A DNA stretch of 64,000 nucleotides, from assembly GCA_013239625.1 (NCBI GenBank), contig MU054323.1:682001-746000 (forward strand), read 5' to 3'. Position numbers and translations under genes: made by a program. Of the stretch, positions 60,071-64,000 are shown piece by piece (positions within the stretch are counted from its first letter, which is position 1; each line of letters starts with the position of its first letter). Source of the DNA: Lama guanicoe (Eukaryota). The notes beneath the pieces are model-generated. The model was not told the DNA's origin. It saw only the letters and a list, made by a program, of their open reading frames with translations, and searched no databases.

Positions 60071-60546
60071 TGTTAACATACAAGATGGGGTCCCACACAA
60101 GACTCCCTGGACCTGCCTGTCCATGATGCCAGCGGCAGCTGCTGTGGGCAGTCCCCATGTGTGTTGCCAGTGGCCTGCAAGGGTTAGACTATCTCTTTCC
60201 TTTTTTCCTTTTCCTGGCTTTCTCTGAAGTCAAGGAAGCTTGCTCAGCCCATGCACAGGTGCAGCCCTGGGGGCTAGCAAACTGTACATGGACTCCGGCA
60301 TCCCGTACTTCAAGGAGATGGTAACTAGGAGTTTCTACACAATTTCTTAGAGAGTTTTCAGGACTGGGCCCTACTTGTCCACAGAAGTACCTTGCTCAAC
60401 AGGGCATCTGTTATTAGGTCCTCCTCCTGCCCTGTCTCTTCCTGTCTGCTCCCCTGTCCCTGTTCCCTGGGTTCATCCAAATAAATTACCTGTCCTTAAG
60501 TCCTAGTTGTAGGTTCTGCTTTTAGGAGTGGATTCAAACTAAGATA
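60071..60546 (+). mobile_element. LTR16-family ERVL solo LTR
   Basis: GCAGCTGCTGTGGGCAGTCC...GCTTGCTCAGCCCATGCACAGGTGCAGCCC...CCAAATAAATTACCTG...TCTGCTTTTAGG...CAAACTAAGATA terminus. Confidence 0.8.
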
Positions 60547-60619
60547 TTAGGTTCCAAAGAAAACCTTGGTGAGTTCCAAAATGGTAGCAAGACATCCTGA
60601 TGATGATACAGTAATACTA

Positions 60620-61520
60620 ATGTTAATGACAAAAAAATAGAGTGAAAAACTCATAAAATCCTCAACTCTTTAGATATTTAAAATCACTCCTAAATTATGC
60701 ATAAATGGATGAAAAATTATACTCAGAGCGTAAGATAATCTAGTAAAAAAGATAATGAGGGAAGCTAAATGCTTTATCATAGAAAAATTCATTTCCTGAA
60801 AGTTTTTCCATCAATAGAGGGAAAAAAAAGCACTCAGTAGTCCACATAAGACATTATAAAAATAAGAAATAAGAAAGTTAGTAAATAAAATGAGGATGTT
60901 TACTAAGAAAGTGGGAAATGATGAAGATAAAAAGTACTTCTATAGGCAATAAATATAATTGACAATTACAGATTGGTTGCTATGTGCAAGGACCATTGCC
61001 CCTTTTTTATAATTGACATAATTTCACAGGTGATAAAATTGAGGCACAGATCAAGTCACCCAAGATCACACACTTAGAAAGTCATGTGACTGAATGAAAA
61101 CCTAGTTTGCTATCTGGACTTCAAGTGTCCCTCTCTCTCTTAAACCATGAACTGCTATTCAACAACTGTGTCTTACAACACGCACATGCACACACGTGTA
61201 CAAACATGTGTACACACACACGGACAGATAAATCATGTATTTGTCTAACCAAGGTAAAAAAAAAGAAACATAAATTCAAAAATGTTAATGTTAAGGAAGG
61301 AGTACTTCCTTAACCACAGGTAAAGGGAAGCTATATAAAAAGGAGCTATATAAGCTATATAAAAAGGAGCTATAACCATGGCTAAAGAGAAAATTATGAA
61401 ATAATGAATAATTTGTAAAAGGTTTTGCCAAATATTTAAAAATGTGGATAAAATGTATTGTTTTCAATGAAAATGCAAACTACCAAAAAAATCAAAAGAA
61501 TTGTATAGAGTTGATGAACA
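60620..61520 (+). mobile_element. Old L1M ORF2 fragments with an intervening MIR (~60945-61160, minus strand)
   Basis: A-rich L1 ORF2-like text (CTCCTAAATT...GAAGCTAAA...AGAAAAATTCAT; TTTTGCCAAATATTTAAAAATGTGGATAAAATG...CAAACTACCAAA) and MIR core TTTCACAGGTGATAAAATTGAGGCACAGA. Confidence 0.55.
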
Positions 61521-61819
61521 AGCATGGCTGTCAGGGCTCACACTTACTACTGTGATGATATGGGAAATGCTCCTTCTTCCAGGCTGGCACAGCCCGTACC
61601 AGGATCATGGGCTTGGAGAGAAAACAAGGACCAGAGTACATCCGTCATTGCCATGCACCTATCTCAAACCATACATGGTGGCCCTGGACCAGAGTTCTTG
61701 GCAAAGTAAAATCCCAACTAGGAAACCATCAGGCAGAGCTGCATGTGTGCAAAGCATAGGAGACCACCATGCTTTGAGTCTTGGCATTGTCTGGACTTTA
61801 GCCTTTGGTAAGATGAAAG

Positions 61820-62200
61820 AATTCATTTAAATATGCCCTGAGCACATATTGAGGGCCAGACATTCCACTAGGTGATGGGAATAGAGAGATGCCCTAGATA
61901 AAGATTTTGCCTTCAAGGCATCAATTTTCCAGTGAGAAAGAGATAAACAAACACATAAATGCAAAATATTATGATGAATATCTATATATTAGGAGGGAGA
62001 GAGAGATAGGAACATGAGAGCATGCAGGATAGAAGAACTCTGCTTGGGTAAAGTATGGAAAGAGTCAAAGAAGAAGAGCCATTTGAGCAATGTCTTCAAA
62101 GATGAGTAGGATTTCACAAGACAAATGAAGAGAAACAGAATTTCAGGCAGAAGGAACAGCATTATTAGCAATGTTATAAATATGAAAAAAATAGATGTTA
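61820..62200 (-). mobile_element. L2 3' fragment
   Basis: ATTCATTT...CTGAGCAC...CCAGACATTCCACTAGGTGATGGGAATAGAGAGATG...CATTTGAGC...TTTCAGGCAGAAGGAACAGCA. Confidence 0.75.
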
Positions 62201-62294
62201 TGCCAGAAAACTGTGAACATTTTTTTATAGCATGGGGAAATGGGATGCAAATTTGGTAGAAGAGGAGTGAGATGGGAAAATTAACCTATTGGGT

Positions 62295-62572
62295 TTGTAT
62301 AAACAGTGTTTATGCAGAATGCTAACGTGCACAAGAAATCATAGATGTTCTGGGAAATATAAGAGTTCTGCAGACAAATGCATTTGAGAATTGCTACATA
62401 TCATATGCTTTACCCTCCTGCGGAGATTTACAATGAATAAAAAATTCTAGTAGGAAAAAGAGTAAGTAAATAAAATAATCTGTTTAACCTTGTTTCACAA
62501 GTACTTGAAAATTGATTTTTTCTTTCATAGAACACCAGGTAACATCTCCAAGTACATATTTCAGAGACAAGT
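62295..62572. mobile_element. MER103C-like hAT-Charlie MITE
   Basis: CAAATGCATTTGAGAATTGCTACATA...GGAGATTTACAATG...CTGTTTAACCTTGTTT...AACACCAGGTAACATCTCC matches the recalled MER103C consensus. Confidence 0.65.
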
Positions 62573-64000
62573 CACAGAAAGGTGGGTGTTGGATGTATGG
62601 AGAATGGACTAGAGGAGGGAGGAAGTAAAGGCTGAGTGATGATTTTCTAAGGAAGACATGATGAAACTTGAGGTAAATAAAGCAACATGACCTGGGGTGA
62701 ATCTGATAGATTTTGAGAGCTCTTTAGAGAGGGTATTTCTTAGGCCTTAATAATCAGCTGGAGGAGTAGGTTAAAGAAGAAGGAAAATTCATTTTTATGA
62801 GTTTGTCTTGAATCTAAAAATACTGTGAATTTGAAAACCCAAGATAATACATGGTCTTTTCCAAAACTACTTTCTGCCCAAATTATGTGATACACAGAAG
62901 TCCCAATATAAAAAAAACGCTTTTCCAGCTACCTAGAAACTTTAATTTTATGAGGAACATATTGTCTTTGATAATCAGAGTTCTCGAGACAAAGCTGAAC
63001 CAAATAATAGGGCTTAGGTATTCCAGGATACATGGCTGTGGATGGCCTGGGCAGCATCCCTAGGGTTGCTGTCCTAGGTACTGAACTCATTGTTCTAGTT
63101 ATTGGAAACGCTGCTTCTCTTGCCCTTCTGTCCCTGCCTCACACTCAGCATTCTGACGGAGCAGCAGCCTAGTACCAGACCGAGCAAAATTTCCTCCAAC
63201 TAGCATGCCTGCCCTTGCCAGAACCAGCTGACTCTGACTTTTGATCAAGACAACAGCCTGATTTCTCAGCTGGACTCCTGGCAGATCAGCAGCAAGCTGC
63301 AAGCTCTCTACATCCACAGAGGTTAAAAATATCCTGACAGGTAGGTAAACATTTCCTCCAGGAATAAATTGACCAGTCAGAGGAGCAGATAATTTGTGGC
63401 TGTGGATGGCTGTGAGCTGTAGGAATGAATTCTCAGGGTCTCATTTCAGCAGACTCAGGTTTCAGGACCTTGAAGTTTTCCCTTTGCAGGAAGCTTCTAT
63501 TGGCCACTGGCTTATGTCAAGCTCGCCCCTCTAAAGGACACATTTTCTGCCCTCAGGAACTGAAACATCGAGTGGACAAAGCAAACTCATAATTTAAAGT
63601 AGTGTGCAGTGGCCTATATTTAGCATCAGGTAAATTAAATGTATTAGAACCAAAAAGAGAGGATTAGCATTAAGTGGGTTAGTTATGGAAAGCTTCATGG
63701 AGGACGTGGAGTATGACCTGGCCCTTAATGCCCAGGTGAACTTCTTCAGATAGACAGTGAGGAAGACGGTGTGCATAAAGGCAGCATCGTAAGAGTGGAA
63801 ATGCCCATGATGCATTACAGAGACAGTAAATACTCCCCTGGTTCAGCCTAGGGCCCCCTCCCCTTTCATCCTCTCCAATTGCATTCACATATATAACCTC
63901 TCCCCTAGTGACTGCATTATTTATATCACACAAAAGGAAGAAAAAAAATCCTTTCAAATCTATTGAAATTTGGAAGAAAATGACTTTGTAGCCTCCTCCA

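Noticed and set aside
1..64000. CRISPR arrays, operons, rRNA, snRNA/7SL/Y RNA, or prokaryote-type systems
   Set aside because: The sequence is mammalian, and no regularly spaced repeat-spacer structure or recognisable structural-RNA sequence was seen.

Overview
Non-coding mammalian genomic DNA, almost certainly from a camelid (alpaca or camel). It carries three tRNA-Ala-derived Vic-1-type SINEs and young camelid-type L1 3' ends. I recognise no protein-coding gene, rRNA, true tRNA, snRNA or CRISPR array. The ORF track is explained by chance ORFs, GC-rich sequence and a 331-N assembly gap (41616-41946). The window is a TE-rich intergenic or intronic region. It holds many MIR and L2 relics, a near-complete HAL1, ancient CR1/L3 fossils, hAT and Tigger DNA transposons (MER2B, MER94, MER20B, MER63C, MER5A, MER58C, MER103C), MaLR elements, a solo LTR41, an LTR16, and an LTR41-ERVL provirus 5' end with a readable but broken gag. 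The most notable non-TE structure is a ~500 bp CpG-rich island at ~38.9-39.4 kb with reverse-oriented CTCF-like motifs. It lies between forward CTCF-like motifs donated by the two LTR41 copies. There are also several repeat-free, TF-motif-dense blocks (enhancer or CNE candidates) and a few exon-like units. TE subfamily names come from my recollection of consensus sequences, not from a search, and many boundaries are approximate. I found no convincing novel biological system; the findings are testable hypotheses.
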